Positions 38,761 to 47,814 of a stretch of 64,000 bases of DNA are shown here, piece after piece. A program made the translations under genes and the position numbers. Position 1 is the stretch's first letter. Each line of letters starts with the position of its first letter. Source of the stretch: Mycobacteriales bacterium (lineage in GTDB: Bacteria > Actinomycetota > Actinomycetes > JAFAQI01 > DASSKL01). The stretch lies in contig DASSKL010000010.1 in assembly GCA_035690485.1 (NCBI GenBank), positions 856 through 64,855 of the forward strand, read 5' to 3'. Under the pieces are notes generated by a model. It was not told the origin of the DNA. It did no database searches and saw only the letters and a program-made list of their open reading frames with translations.

Positions 38761-40020
38761 CTATGCCGGCTTCTCCTCAAGCACGAGCACCGCCGCCTCG
38801 ACGCTGTCCCCTCCGGTTGCGGTGACCACCTTGCGACCGCCGAGTGCCCGGTCGATGGCGAGGTCGGCTATCTCGTGGGTCTGGAAGAGCAGCCCACCGT
38901 AGACGTCGACGGTGATCTGGATGCTCTTGTGGCCGAGCCGCTTCTGGATCACCGGCAGGGGGACGCCAGCCGAGATCAGCCAGGCGGCGTGCGTGTGCCG
39001 CAGGTCGTGGAACCGCGGCGTCTTCGCCAGTCCTTTGGCCTGCGCGGCCTTGATCGCGCGCTGCCATCCGCCGTACCAGTTGCCGTGCACCCGCCGGCCG
39101 CCGCCGCGGGCGCTGAACACCAGATCGTCCGGGCCTCGACCGGCCACGACGCGGCGCAACGCCTCGACGACGCGCGGGGCCAGGGTGATGCGCCGCCGGG
39201 ACTCGCGCGTCTTCGGCTTGCCGATGTAGGCGACGCCGTGCTGCCCGAGCGCGAACTCGCCCCGGCCGTTGCTCTTCCAAGCCCGGCGGATCGTCAGCAT
39301 CGCCGGTGAGCCGTCGATGTTGAGGTCCTTGACCTTGAGCGCGGTGAGCTCGCCCCAGCGCAGCCCCGTGCCCACGGCGACAGTCAGGAAGTCGCGGTCA
39401 ACCTCGGGCATGCACGAGCGCAGGAGCGCGAACTCCTTCTCGGTGAGGAAGACCTTGTCCTCGTCGTCCTCAGTGTCGTCGTCGGTCGGCGGCAGTTTCA
39501 CCCCTTCGCAGGGGTTGCGGCCGATCAGGCCCTTCTCCACCGCGCTCTTGAGCACGGCCGCCAGCAGGCCGTGGTAGTTGGCGATCGTCTTCGGGCTGGC
39601 GCCGGCCTTGCGCCGGGCGACGATCCAGTCGCGGTCGTCGTCCGACGTCAGGTTCTCGATCGTCGGCTGGCACCGCTTGATCTCGGTGAGCCAGCCGTCG
39701 AGCGACGTCAGCTGCTGGACGTACTTCGTCTGCGTGTCCGGCCCGGCGCTGGTGAGCCGGCGGACGTACGCCGTGCCGAACTCGAGTAACGGGCGCTCCT
39801 CCGCCGGCTCCTCCCACGCCTCACCGAAACCCATGCCCTTGACCCAGCCGTCCGGCCACCGCTGACCGGCGGCGTCGACGAGCGCCGCGAACTTCAGCGC
39901 CGCCCGGCGGTCGGCGAACGTCTCGGACTGCCATGGTGCGCCGCGGCTGCCACCGAGCAGCCACTGCACCTTGTAGGTGCGCTCGCCGGACTTGTGCTTG
40001 CGCGTGACGACGCTCGCCAT
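38761..40020 (-). CDS. int: Tyrosine-type site-specific recombinase / phage integrase
   Basis: ATG 40020 with GGAGG 6 nt upstream; N-terminal MASVVTRKHKSGERTYKVQW AP2-like domain; catalytic region with R...HDLRHTHAAWLISAGVPLPVIQKRLGHKSIQITVDVYGGLL (R, HxxR, Y). Lies directly 3' of tRNA-Ala. Confidence 0.9.
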   Translation of the reverse strand: MASVVTRKHKSGERTYKVQWLLGGSRGAPWQSETFADRRAALKFAALVDAAGQRWPDGWVKGMGFGEAWEEPAEERPLLEFGTAYVRRLTSAGPDTQTKYVQQLTSLDGWLTEIKRCQPTIENLTSDDDRDWIVARRKAGASPKTIANYHGLLAAVLKSAVEKGLIGRNPCEGVKLPPTDDDTEDDEDKVFLTEKEFALLRSCMPEVDRDFLTVAVGTGLRWGELTALKVKDLNIDGSPAMLTIRRAWKSNGRGEFALGQHGVAYIGKPKTRESRRRITLAPRVVEALRRVVAGRGPDDLVFSARGGGRRVHGNWYGGWQRAIKAAQAKGLAKTPRFHDLRHTHAAWLISAGVPLPVIQKRLGHKSIQITVDVYGGLLFQTHEIADLAIDRALGGRKVVTATGGDSVEAAVLVLEEKPA

Positions 40021-40111
40021 GACCGCCTCCAAGATCAACCGTTATGCCTCGGTTATGCCTCGGGAGCGACCGTAGAGCGGCCCTGCGACAGTTTTCGCAG
40101 GTCAGAGCCTT

Positions 40112-40144
40112 CGTGCGGGTGGTGGAGCTGAGGGGATTTGAACC
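40112..40144. repeat. att direct repeat (tRNA-proximal copy) overlapping the 3' 25 nt of tRNA-Ala
   Basis: Identical 33-mer to 30091-30123. Confidence 0.85.
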
Positions 40145-40196
40145 CCTGACCCCCTCGATGCGAACGAGGTGCGCTACCGGACTGCGCCACAGCCCC
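40120..40196 (-). tRNA. tRNA-Ala (anticodon CGC)
   Basis: 77-nt cloverleaf GGGGCUGUGGCGCAGUCCGGUAGCGCACCUCGUUCGCAUCGAGGGGGUCAGGGGUUCAAAUCCCCUCAGCUCCACCA; G3:U70 Ala identity pair; anticodon loop UUCGCAU; encoded CCA. Confidence 0.9.
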
Positions 40197-40252
40197 GCGG
40201 TGCTGTCCAAGTTACACGAACGCGGCGCCACCCCTGCGTGGACGCAGCGGCG

Positions 40253-41146
40253 TCAGTCTCCGACTGCCCGACGTTCGACGATCTGGTCGAGCTCGTCGTC
40301 CTCGTCGTCCCAGCCGTCGACCTCGACGGCAGGCTCGTCGTCGAGGAACGCGTCGCTCCACGCGCCAGGTCGGGTGAGGTCGATGACCGGCATCGCCGGC
40401 GGCTTGAGCGTGTAGGTCGGCGGGGGCACCGGCACCGGCTGCCAGCCGTCGGTGCCGGTTGCGCCCTCCTCGATTACGCCCTCTGCCACCATCGGCTCGA
40501 CCGTAGACACCTCGGTGGCGGCGGCCGGCGCGTAGGCCGGGACCTCCGGCTCCTCGGCCGGCACCGGCGGCGCGGGGCGTGCCGGCGCGGGCCGCGCCGG
40601 AACCGGACGAGCGGGGGCGCGGCGCATGGGCCGGCGGGCGGCGGAGCGCGCCTCGATCCGCAGGTGCGCGACGTAGGCGACCAGCAGCAGGTCCACCAGG
40701 AGCTGCACCGGCAACGGCAGCACGCCGACCGCGACGAGCACCAGCGACAGGAAGACCAGCGACACCAGGACGAGCAGCACCCGGCGCCGGCGAGCCATCA
40801 GGCCCCGGCGGGCGTCGGCCGGCCGGGCCGGCCGGGATGCCGCGACCGGCGGTCGTGCCCCGGCGGGACGGGAGGCCGGCCGGGGCTGCGGCGCAGGCTC
40901 CGGCCGGGTCTGGCGGGCCCGGCGAGCCGGGTCGGACGCCCCCGAGACGTGCCAGGACATCGCGTCGGGCAGGCGACGGGGCATGACGACGTACCTCTTC
41001 GACGTGGTGGACCGGGACGCCATCGGGATGGCGCGCCGGGACAGGACCCGCATCGCAGCGGAGAAGCGGTCGGCGGACCGGGCCTCGAGAGAGGCGTCGT
41101 GTCGCCGGAGCCACATGGGGACGAGAACCGCCGCCCACATGGCCAC
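40253..41146 (-). CDS. Proline-rich conserved membrane protein (Rv0996-like)
   Basis: 297 aa; single hydrophobic segment VLLVLVSLVFLSLVLVAVGVL flanked by Pro/Arg-rich regions and an acidic C-terminus; conserved position upstream of rimJ. Confidence 0.45.
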   Translation of the reverse strand: MAMWAAVLVPMWLRRHDASLEARSADRFSAAMRVLSRRAIPMASRSTTSKRYVVMPRRLPDAMSWHVSGASDPARRARQTRPEPAPQPRPASRPAGARPPVAASRPARPADARRGLMARRRRVLLVLVSLVFLSLVLVAVGVLPLPVQLLVDLLLVAYVAHLRIEARSAARRPMRRAPARPVPARPAPARPAPPVPAEEPEVPAYAPAAATEVSTVEPMVAEGVIEEGATGTDGWQPVPVPPPTYTLKPPAMPVIDLTRPGAWSDAFLDDEPAVEVDGWDDEDDELDQIVERRAVGD

Positions 41147-41324
41147 GATCGCGGCGTAGATCAGCCCGCTCAGGACAGCCTCCAGACCCTTGTACCTACC
41201 GCCGCTGAACGCTAGTCAGGCCCTCCGCGTGCGGCACGCATCTGGCCCGGTGTGTCGCCGGGTTCCTCACCGGCCGAGGGGACAACGGCGTCGTATCTCG
41301 GCTGGTTCCTCATCCAGCGACCGA

Positions 41325-41933
41325 TCAGCGCGCCGCGGCGGCGAGCGCACGGGAAAGGAGACCGGCGGGTGCATCTTCCACCGTGACCGCGTAGCTGATG
41401 TGGTCGCGGTAGGCACCGTCGATGTGCAGGTAGCGCCGGCGCAGGCCTTCCTCGCGGAACCCGAGCTTCTCGACGACGCGGCGGCTGGCGGCGTTCTCGG
41501 GCCGGATGTTGGCCTCGACGCGGTGCAGACCGGCCCGCTCGAAGCAGTGGTCGACGGCGAGGGCGAGCGCGATCGGCATGATCCCGCGGCCCGCCACGGC
41601 CGAGTCGATCCAGTAGCCGGCATGACCGGAGTTCAGCGAGCCGCGCACGATCGTGGCGATGGTGACCTGGCCCACGAGCCGGCCGTCGAAGAGCAACGCG
41701 AAGGGCAGCGCCGATCCCTCGCGGCCCTTGCGGTTGAGGTCTCGCCGCATCGCCAGGTAGACCGTGGCGCTGGGGTCGGATCGCCCACTCTGGCCCGGCG
41801 GGGTCGCCTCCCAGGGCCGCAGCCAGTCCTCATTGCGGCGGCGCACGTCGACCCACTCACCGGCGTCGCGCAGCCGCATGGGCCGGAGGGTGACCGGGCC
41901 GTGGCCGAGGCGCGCCGGCCATCCCGCCGCCAC
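41325..41933 (-). CDS. GNAT family N-acetyltransferase (RimJ-like ribosomal-protein acetyltransferase)
   Basis: 202 aa; GNAT core with RGIMPIAL... and HRVEANIRPENAASRRVVEKLGFREEG. Confidence 0.8.
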   Translation of the reverse strand: MAAGWPARLGHGPVTLRPMRLRDAGEWVDVRRRNEDWLRPWEATPPGQSGRSDPSATVYLAMRRDLNRKGREGSALPFALLFDGRLVGQVTIATIVRGSLNSGHAGYWIDSAVAGRGIMPIALALAVDHCFERAGLHRVEANIRPENAASRRVVEKLGFREEGLRRRYLHIDGAYRDHISYAVTVEDAPAGLLSRALAAAAR

Positions 41934-41936
41934 GGG

Positions 41937-42434
41937 TCAGTGGTCCTCGCCGTGCAGCTGCGCGACGGCGTGCCCGATGACCGGCGCGAGCACCGCCATG
42001 CCGTCGCGGACGCCGCCGGTCGAGCCGGGGAGGTTGACGACGAGCGTGCCGGCGGCGACACCGGCGACACCGCGGGACAGGATCGTCGTCGGGATCTGCT
42101 CGCGGTTGTACTGCCGGACCGCCTCCGCCAGCCCGGGCGCCTCCTTGTCGAGCACGGTGCGGGTCGCCTCCGGCGTGACGTCGCGCGGTGCGAACCCGGT
42201 GCCTCCGGTCGTGACGCAGACGTCGACCTCGTCGGCGATTGCGCTGCGCAGCGCGGCCACGATCTCGGGCACCTCGTCGGGCACGACGACCACGTCGCCG
42301 ACCTCGAATCCCTGGTCGCGCAGCAGGCCGGCGAGCAGCGGTCCCGAGGAGTCGTGGCGCGCGCCACCGTGCGAGCGGTCGGAGACCGTGATCACCCGGG
42401 CGGTGGCGCCGGCAGGAAGTCCTTCGCTACCCAT
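41937..42434 (-). CDS. mogA: Molybdenum cofactor biosynthesis protein MogA/MoaB
   Basis: 165 aa; VCVTTGGTGFAPRDVTPEAT motif. Confidence 0.85.
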   Translation of the reverse strand: MGSEGLPAGATARVITVSDRSHGGARHDSSGPLLAGLLRDQGFEVGDVVVVPDEVPEIVAALRSAIADEVDVCVTTGGTGFAPRDVTPEATRTVLDKEAPGLAEAVRQYNREQIPTTILSRGVAGVAAGTLVVNLPGSTGGVRDGMAVLAPVIGHAVAQLHGEDH

Positions 42435-42903
42435 CCCGCCTCCAGTCGCCGCTCTTGCCGCCGGTCTTCTCCACGACGCAGATGTCGGTGACGACCGCGG
42501 CCGGGTCCACCGCCTTCACCATGTCGACGAGGGCGAGCGCGGCGACGGTCACCGAGGTGAGCGCCTCCATCTCGACGCCGGTGCGGTCGGCGGTGCGCAC
42601 GGTAGCGCTGATGTCAACCCCGTCGTCAGCGACGTCGAGGTCGACAACGACCCCGTGCACGGCGATCGGGTGGCAGAGCGGCACCAGGTCGGGCGTGCGC
42701 TTGGCGGCCATGATCCCGGCGATGCGGGCGACGGCGAGCGCGTCGCCTTTGGGCACGCCCTCGCCGCGGAGCAGCTCGACGACCCGTGGCGACACCAGCA
42801 CCCGGCCCCGCGCGGTCGCCGTGCGGACGGTCACGTCCTTGGTGGCGACGTCGACCATGCGGGCCGCGCCGGTCGCGTCGACGTGGGTCAGCCGCTTGCT
42901 CAT
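42427..42903 (-). CDS. moaC: Cyclic pyranopterin monophosphate synthase MoaC
   Basis: 158 aa; [15 protein letters not shown]...[28 protein letters not shown]. Confidence 0.9.
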   Translation of the reverse strand: [158 protein letters not shown]

Positions 42904-44165
42904 CGCTGCCTTCTCTCGAGCATCAGGCAGTCAACCGCCGCGCCCGCAGGTAGCTCGGTCGTCTCCTCCGGGACGACGACGAGCGTGTTGGCGGCGGCGT
43001 AGTCGGCTAGCAGGTGCGAGCCCGGGCCCTCGAAGGGCGCGACCACATAGGCGCCGTCCTTGACCCGCAGCCGGCCGCGCGCGAACTGCCGGCGGCCCGC
43101 CCCCTTGCGAATCGGGCTCTCGAGCTTGGCGCGCACCGTGGGCCGCTGGATCGGCTCGGTGCCGAGCATGCGGCGCAGCGCGGGCCGCACGAACACCTCG
43201 AAGGAGATCAGCGCGCTGACCGGGTTGCCGGGCAGCCCGAAGAACGGCGTCGCCTCCGGTCCGACGGTGCCGAACCCCTGGGGCATGCCGGGCTGCATGG
43301 CGACCCGGTGGAAGCCGACGGTGCCGAGCTGGGACAGCACCTCTTTCACCACGTCGTAGGCGCCGGCGCTGACCCCACCGCTGGTGATGATGCAGTCGGC
43401 GCGGATCAGCTGGTCCTCGAGCGTGTCGCGGAACTCCCGGGGGTCGTCGGTGGTGATGCCGACCCGGAACGCGATCGCGCCCGCCTCCCGGGCCGCGCAG
43501 GTCAGCCCGTAGGAGTTGGAGTCGACGATCTGACCGTGGCCCAGCGGCGTACCCGGCTCGACCAGCTCGCTGCCGGTCGACAGGATCACCACACGCGGGC
43601 GGGGGCGGGCCAGCACGCGGGCCCGGCCGACCGCGGCGAGCAGGGCGACCTGCGCGGCACCGAGATGCGTGCCGGCCGGCAGCACCTGCTGGCCCGCCGT
43701 CACGTCCTCGCCGGCGCGGCGGATGTGCGCACCCTCCGGCGGCGTACGCCGAATCGCCACGGTCGCGATGCCACCGTCGGTCCACTCCACCGGGACCACC
43801 GCGTCGGCGCCGGGGGGCAGCGGCGCCCCCGTCATGATCCGGACGCACAACCCGGGCTGCACCGTGTAAGGGGTCGCGCTGCCGGCGGCCACGTCGCCCA
43901 CCACCGGCAGCATCGTCGGGGACTCCTCGGAGGCACCGGCGACGTCGGCCCGGCGCACGGCGTAGCCGTCCATCGCGGAATTGTCGAAGGGCGGCAGCGG
44001 GTGGCTGCTCGTGACGTCCTCGGCGAGCACGCACCCGTGCGCGTCGAGCAGCGAGAGGTCGAGCTCGGACAGCGGGGAGACCACCTCGAGGATCTCCTCG
44101 AGGTGCTGCTCGACGGTGCGCTGCGGCGGGGCGTGCCCGTGGTCGCCGTGCGGTGGGGAGGTCAC
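42900..44165 (-). CDS. moeA: Molybdopterin molybdenumtransferase MoeA
   Basis: GTG start at 44165 with a GTGA overlap to the galU stop; 422 aa; SGGVSAG / GLPGNPVSA MoeA motifs. The upstream 140 aa of the listed ORF is an antisense artefact. Confidence 0.85.
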   Translation of the reverse strand: MTSPPHGDHGHAPPQRTVEQHLEEILEVVSPLSELDLSLLDAHGCVLAEDVTSSHPLPPFDNSAMDGYAVRRADVAGASEESPTMLPVVGDVAAGSATPYTVQPGLCVRIMTGAPLPPGADAVVPVEWTDGGIATVAIRRTPPEGAHIRRAGEDVTAGQQVLPAGTHLGAAQVALLAAVGRARVLARPRPRVVILSTGSELVEPGTPLGHGQIVDSNSYGLTCAAREAGAIAFRVGITTDDPREFRDTLEDQLIRADCIITSGGVSAGAYDVVKEVLSQLGTVGFHRVAMQPGMPQGFGTVGPEATPFFGLPGNPVSALISFEVFVRPALRRMLGTEPIQRPTVRAKLESPIRKGAGRRQFARGRLRVKDGAYVVAPFEGPGSHLLADYAAANTLVVVPEETTELPAGAAVDCLMLERRQR

Positions 44166-45088
44166 GGCCGCACCGGCTCCTCGTCGCCACCGGCCAGCCG
44201 ATCCGGCAGCCATTCCTGCAACCAGGCAAGGAAATCCGGCCCGAGATCCGGCCGGTCGGCGGCGAGCTGCACGACCGACCGGAGGTAGTCGCCCTTGTCT
44301 CCGGTGTCGTAACGACGCCCTCGGAAGACCACTCCGTGCACCGGGCCGGCGCTCTTGCCGTAGGCCTCGATGGCGTCGGTCAGCTGGATCTCGCCGCCTC
44401 GGCCGGGTGGGGTGCTGCGGATGACGTCGAACAGCTCGGCGGCCAGCACGTAGCGACCGATCATCGCGAGGTTGCTCGGCGCCTCGGCCGGTTCGGGTTT
44501 CTCGACCATGCCGGTGACCCGGACGACATCGGCCTCGCCCGTCGGCGCGGTGGCGGCGGCGCCGTAGAGCCGGATCTGCTCGCGGGGCACCTCGAGCAGG
44601 CAGATGACGCACCCGCCGTAGCGCTGCTGCACCTCGATCATCCGCGGCAGCACCGGGTCGCGCTCGTCGATGAGGTCGTCGCCGAGCAGCACGGCGAACG
44701 GTTCGCCGCCCACGTGGTCGGCGGCGCAGAGCACGGCGTGGCCGAGACCGCGCGGGTCCTGCTGGCGCACGAAGTGGACGGTCGCGAGGTCGGTCGCGGC
44801 GCGGACCCGCTCCAGCAGGTCCTTCTTGCTCGGCTGGCCCTCGAGGGTGTCCTCCAGCTCATAGGCCCGGTCGAAGTGGTCCTCCAGCGCGCCCTTGTTG
44901 CGCCCGGTGACCATGAGCACGTCGGCGAGGCCGGCGCGGGAGGCCTCCTCGACGACGTACTGGATGGCCGGCTTGTCGACGACCGGGATCATCTCCTTCG
45001 GGACCGCCTTGGTCGCAGGCAGGAACCGCGTGCCGAGACCCGCGGCGGGGATCACCGCCTTGCGGGCGCGCGCCGGGCTGCTGCTCAT
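44162..45088 (-). CDS. galU: UTP-glucose-1-phosphate uridylyltransferase
   Basis: 308 aa; KAVIPAAGLGTRFLPATKAVPKEMIPVVDKPAIQYVVEEA. Confidence 0.9.
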   Translation of the reverse strand: MSSSPARARKAVIPAAGLGTRFLPATKAVPKEMIPVVDKPAIQYVVEEASRAGLADVLMVTGRNKGALEDHFDRAYELEDTLEGQPSKKDLLERVRAATDLATVHFVRQQDPRGLGHAVLCAADHVGGEPFAVLLGDDLIDERDPVLPRMIEVQQRYGGCVICLLEVPREQIRLYGAAATAPTGEADVVRVTGMVEKPEPAEAPSNLAMIGRYVLAAELFDVIRSTPPGRGGEIQLTDAIEAYGKSAGPVHGVVFRGRRYDTGDKGDYLRSVVQLAADRPDLGPDFLAWLQEWLPDRLAGGDEEPVRP

Positions 45089-45112
45089 GAGCCGGACCCT
45101 AACGGGGCGCGC

Positions 45113-47134
45113 TCAGCGCCGCTGTTGCTGCTGTGCCGGAGCCCCGCGGAGCGTCGCGTGGGGCACGGCCACCCGCCACTGGTCGCGGCCCTCGGTCTTC
45201 GCGGCGTACAGCGCCTCGTCGGCGGCCCGGATCAGGCCGGGCCCGTCGGCCGCGTGGGTCGGGTAGGTCGAGACACCGACCGACACGGTGACCCTGATCG
45301 CCGGCTGGTCGTCGCCGTGACCGTCGAACGACCGGTTGCGAACGACCTCGCAGATGCGCTCGGCGGACGTCGTCGCGCCGGCAGCGCCCGTCTCGGGCAG
45401 CAGCAGCACGAGCTCCTCACCGCCGTAGCGGGCGACGACGTCGACCTCGCGGATCACCGAGTGCACCCGGGCGGCCAGCTCGACCAGCACCGCATCACCT
45501 CGCTGGTGGCCGTAGGCGTCGTTGACGTCCTTGAAGTGGTCAAGGTCGAGCATGAGCAGGCTCAGCGGTCGGCCGAACCGGGTGGCCCGCTCGATCTCCT
45601 GCTCGAGGGCCATCTGCAGGTAGCGGTAGTTCCACAACCCGGTCAGCGGGTCGGTGATCGAGAGCCGCTGCGCCTCCTCGTGCAGCAGGACGTTCTCGAC
45701 GGCGACGCTGGCCTGCGCGGCGAACGACCGGATCGTGACGAGGTCGCCCTCGCGGAACTCCGACGACCCGTCGGGGTCGTAGAGGTTGAGCACGCCGACG
45801 ACACGTTCCCCGCTGTGCAGCGGCGCAGCCAGCACCGCCGCCGCCTGTGGCTCCTCCGGCGACAGCACCAGCTGCCCGGGCCCGACCCGACCACGCAACG
45901 GTTCGGCCCGCACGGCCACCCGACCGGTGACACCGGAGCCGAGGGGGATCGAGAGCGTCTCGCCGACACCACGCGGTCCGAGGCCGACGCCGACCGCGAG
46001 CTCGAGCCGGCTGCGATCGGGCGAGACGAGCAGCACCGCGCCCGCGGTGGCGTTGGTGGTCGCCATGGCCGCCTCGAGGATCACGCCGAGGATGCGGTCG
46101 AGGTCGTGGGTGCTCGACAGCGTGTCGCCGAGCCGGGAGAGGTTGCGCCGCAGCTGGTCGCGACTCGCGACCAGCGCACGGATGTGCGACTGCAGCTTGT
46201 CGGTCATCTCGTTGAACGCCACGGCGAGCATGCCGACCTCGTCCCGGGAGCGCACCGGGATGCGGGTGTCCAGGTCACCGCCCGCGACCCGGCCGGCGGC
46301 GTCGGCGAGCTCGACGAGGGGACGCGTCGTCAGCCCGGCCAGCAGCCACGCGACCGCCGTCGCGACGAGGAGCGCCACCAGCAGCACCACCGCGACCACG
46401 GCGACCAGCCCGCTGCGCCCGGGTTGGGCATCGCTGACCACGACGAGCGGCCCGCCGGGCACGCTGTGTGCCGCCGTGACGATCTGGCCGCCGGCGTGCA
46501 CGGAACCGCTGGCGGCCACGGCACGCTCGGCGACCGCGGCGACCTGCGCGGCGCGCCGCGGCGGCAGCGTGCTCGCCACGGGCTCGCCCCGGGAGACGAT
46601 GGTCAGGGCGGTGTCTGCGCCACCTGCCAGCGCGCGGAGCCGCTCCCGCGGCAACGGCACCCCGGCGACGACGGTCCCGCGCGCGGAGCCGTCGGGGTTG
46701 TGCAGCGCGACTGAGGTGACCAGCACGTAGCCACCGGCGCCACGACCCGCCACGCAGGAGCCGGCCGGAGCCGCGGCGCCGACGGGGCCGCCGCCCGGGA
46801 GCTGCGGCACGGTGCCGCGCTCGGCGACGACGCGGCCGGCCGGATCGAGGACGGCGGCGTAGCCGACGACCTGCCGGTCGACGACGTCGGCGACCGCGGC
46901 CGACGTGGTCGCCGTCGGTAGCTCGTGCGCGACGAGGTCGGCGCCGACCTGGGCGGTGCGGCAGAGGTCGCCGACGACCTCGGTGATGGCGGCCCGGCCG
47001 GCGGACAGCCGCTCGTCGACCTGGCTCTGCAGCGCGGAGGGGACCCGGGTGAGCATCAGGACGGCCCCGGCGGCGACGGGCACCAGCACGACGAGCACGA
47101 ACGCCAACCACAGCCGGGCGCGGAGGCTGCTCAC
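45113..47134 (-). CDS. Membrane sensor diguanylate cyclase (TM - HAMP - GAF - GGDEF)
   Basis: GTG start at 47134 (GAAGGG RBS); TM helices, HAMP (LADAAGRVAGGDLDTRIPVRSRDEVGMLAVAFNEMTDKL), GAF, and a GGDEF domain with the active site RYGGEELVLLLPETG. Confidence 0.8.
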   Translation of the reverse strand: MSSLRARLWLAFVLVVLVPVAAGAVLMLTRVPSALQSQVDERLSAGRAAITEVVGDLCRTAQVGADLVAHELPTATTSAAVADVVDRQVVGYAAVLDPAGRVVAERGTVPQLPGGGPVGAAAPAGSCVAGRGAGGYVLVTSVALHNPDGSARGTVVAGVPLPRERLRALAGGADTALTIVSRGEPVASTLPPRRAAQVAAVAERAVAASGSVHAGGQIVTAAHSVPGGPLVVVSDAQPGRSGLVAVVAVVLLVALLVATAVAWLLAGLTTRPLVELADAAGRVAGGDLDTRIPVRSRDEVGMLAVAFNEMTDKLQSHIRALVASRDQLRRNLSRLGDTLSSTHDLDRILGVILEAAMATTNATAGAVLLVSPDRSRLELAVGVGLGPRGVGETLSIPLGSGVTGRVAVRAEPLRGRVGPGQLVLSPEEPQAAAVLAAPLHSGERVVGVLNLYDPDGSSEFREGDLVTIRSFAAQASVAVENVLLHEEAQRLSITDPLTGLWNYRYLQMALEQEIERATRFGRPLSLLMLDLDHFKDVNDAYGHQRGDAVLVELAARVHSVIREVDVVARYGGEELVLLLPETGAAGATTSAERICEVVRNRSFDGHGDDQPAIRVTVSVGVSTYPTHAADGPGLIRAADEALYAAKTEGRDQWRVAVPHATLRGAPAQQQQRR

Positions 47135-47217
47135 CGCGGGAACCCTTCGTCGACGGCCCCCCGCCAACTCTGCTTGCGCTGCGCTCCCCCGCCGTCGCGC
47201 TGCGTCATTGTGGACCG

Positions 47218-47814
47218 GTGCCCGCCACCCCGCCAACCGCCATAAGTGTGGTGAAGTCACGCCTGCGGGCGCAGCTGCTGGCGCGGCGGGCGAGCAGGTC
47301 GCCGGCGGAGCGTCGCGCCGCCGCCGCCGGGCTGGCGCGCCACCTCGACGCCCTGCCGGAGATCGGTGCCGCGCGCTGCGTGACGGCGTACGTCGGAGTG
47401 GACGACGAGCCCGGCACCGGGCCACTGCTCGACGAAGCGGCGGCGCGCGGCCTGGAGGTCTTGCTGCCGGTGGCCCTCCGGGGCGGGCGCCTGGCCTGGG
47501 CGGCGTACACGGGAACGGCCGACCTCGTGGCGGGACGGTTCGGCCTGCGCGAACCGGCCGGCCCGCGGCTCGGGCCGGAAGCCGTCGCCGAGGCCGACCT
47601 GTTGCTGGTGCCGGCGCTGGCCGTCGACCGCGCCGGGCACCGGCTGGGCCGGGGCGGCGGACACTACGACCGGTTGCTGGCGAGCCTGGCGCAGCCGGCG
47701 TACGCGGTGGTCTTCGACGACGAGGTGCTCGACGCCGTGCCCGTGGACGCCCACGACCGGTCGGTCACCGGCGCCCTCACCCCGTCAGGCTTCGTGCGGC
47801 TAGTGAAGAGCTGA
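47218..47814 (+). CDS. 5-formyltetrahydrofolate cyclo-ligase
   Basis: KSRLRAQLLARRAS...GLREPAG...RLGRGGGHYDRLL motifs; start ambiguous (GTG at 47218, 47248 or 47251). Confidence 0.75.
   Translation: MPATPPTAISVVKSRLRAQLLARRASRSPAERRAAAAGLARHLDALPEIGAARCVTAYVGVDDEPGTGPLLDEAAARGLEVLLPVALRGGRLAWAAYTGTADLVAGRFGLREPAGPRLGPEAVAEADLLLVPALAVDRAGHRLGRGGGHYDRLLASLAQPAYAVVFDDEVLDAVPVDAHDRSVTGALTPSGFVRLVKS

Larger units (their letters stand above)
30091..40144. mobile_element. Integrative mobilizable element (about 10 kb) inserted at the tRNA-Ala 3' end: int, xis, MobF relaxase with candidate oriT, AbiE-like module, ECF sigma/anti-sigma, secreted protein
   Basis: 33-bp direct repeats at both ends; tyrosine integrase next to an intact tRNA-Ala; relaxase-helicase but no T4SS, T4CP or FtsK-like gene; interior 36.0-38.1 kb visibly lower GC; conserved housekeeping genes on both sides. 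Confidence 0.75.

Noticed and set aside
42900-44612. Full 570-aa MoeA ORF
   Set aside because: The first roughly 148 codons overlap galU in antisense and are Arg-rich. The GTG at 44165 with a GTGA overlap gives a canonical 422-aa MoeA.
44153-46714. 853-aa plus-strand ORF
   Set aside because: Antisense of the GGDEF sensor gene and galU.
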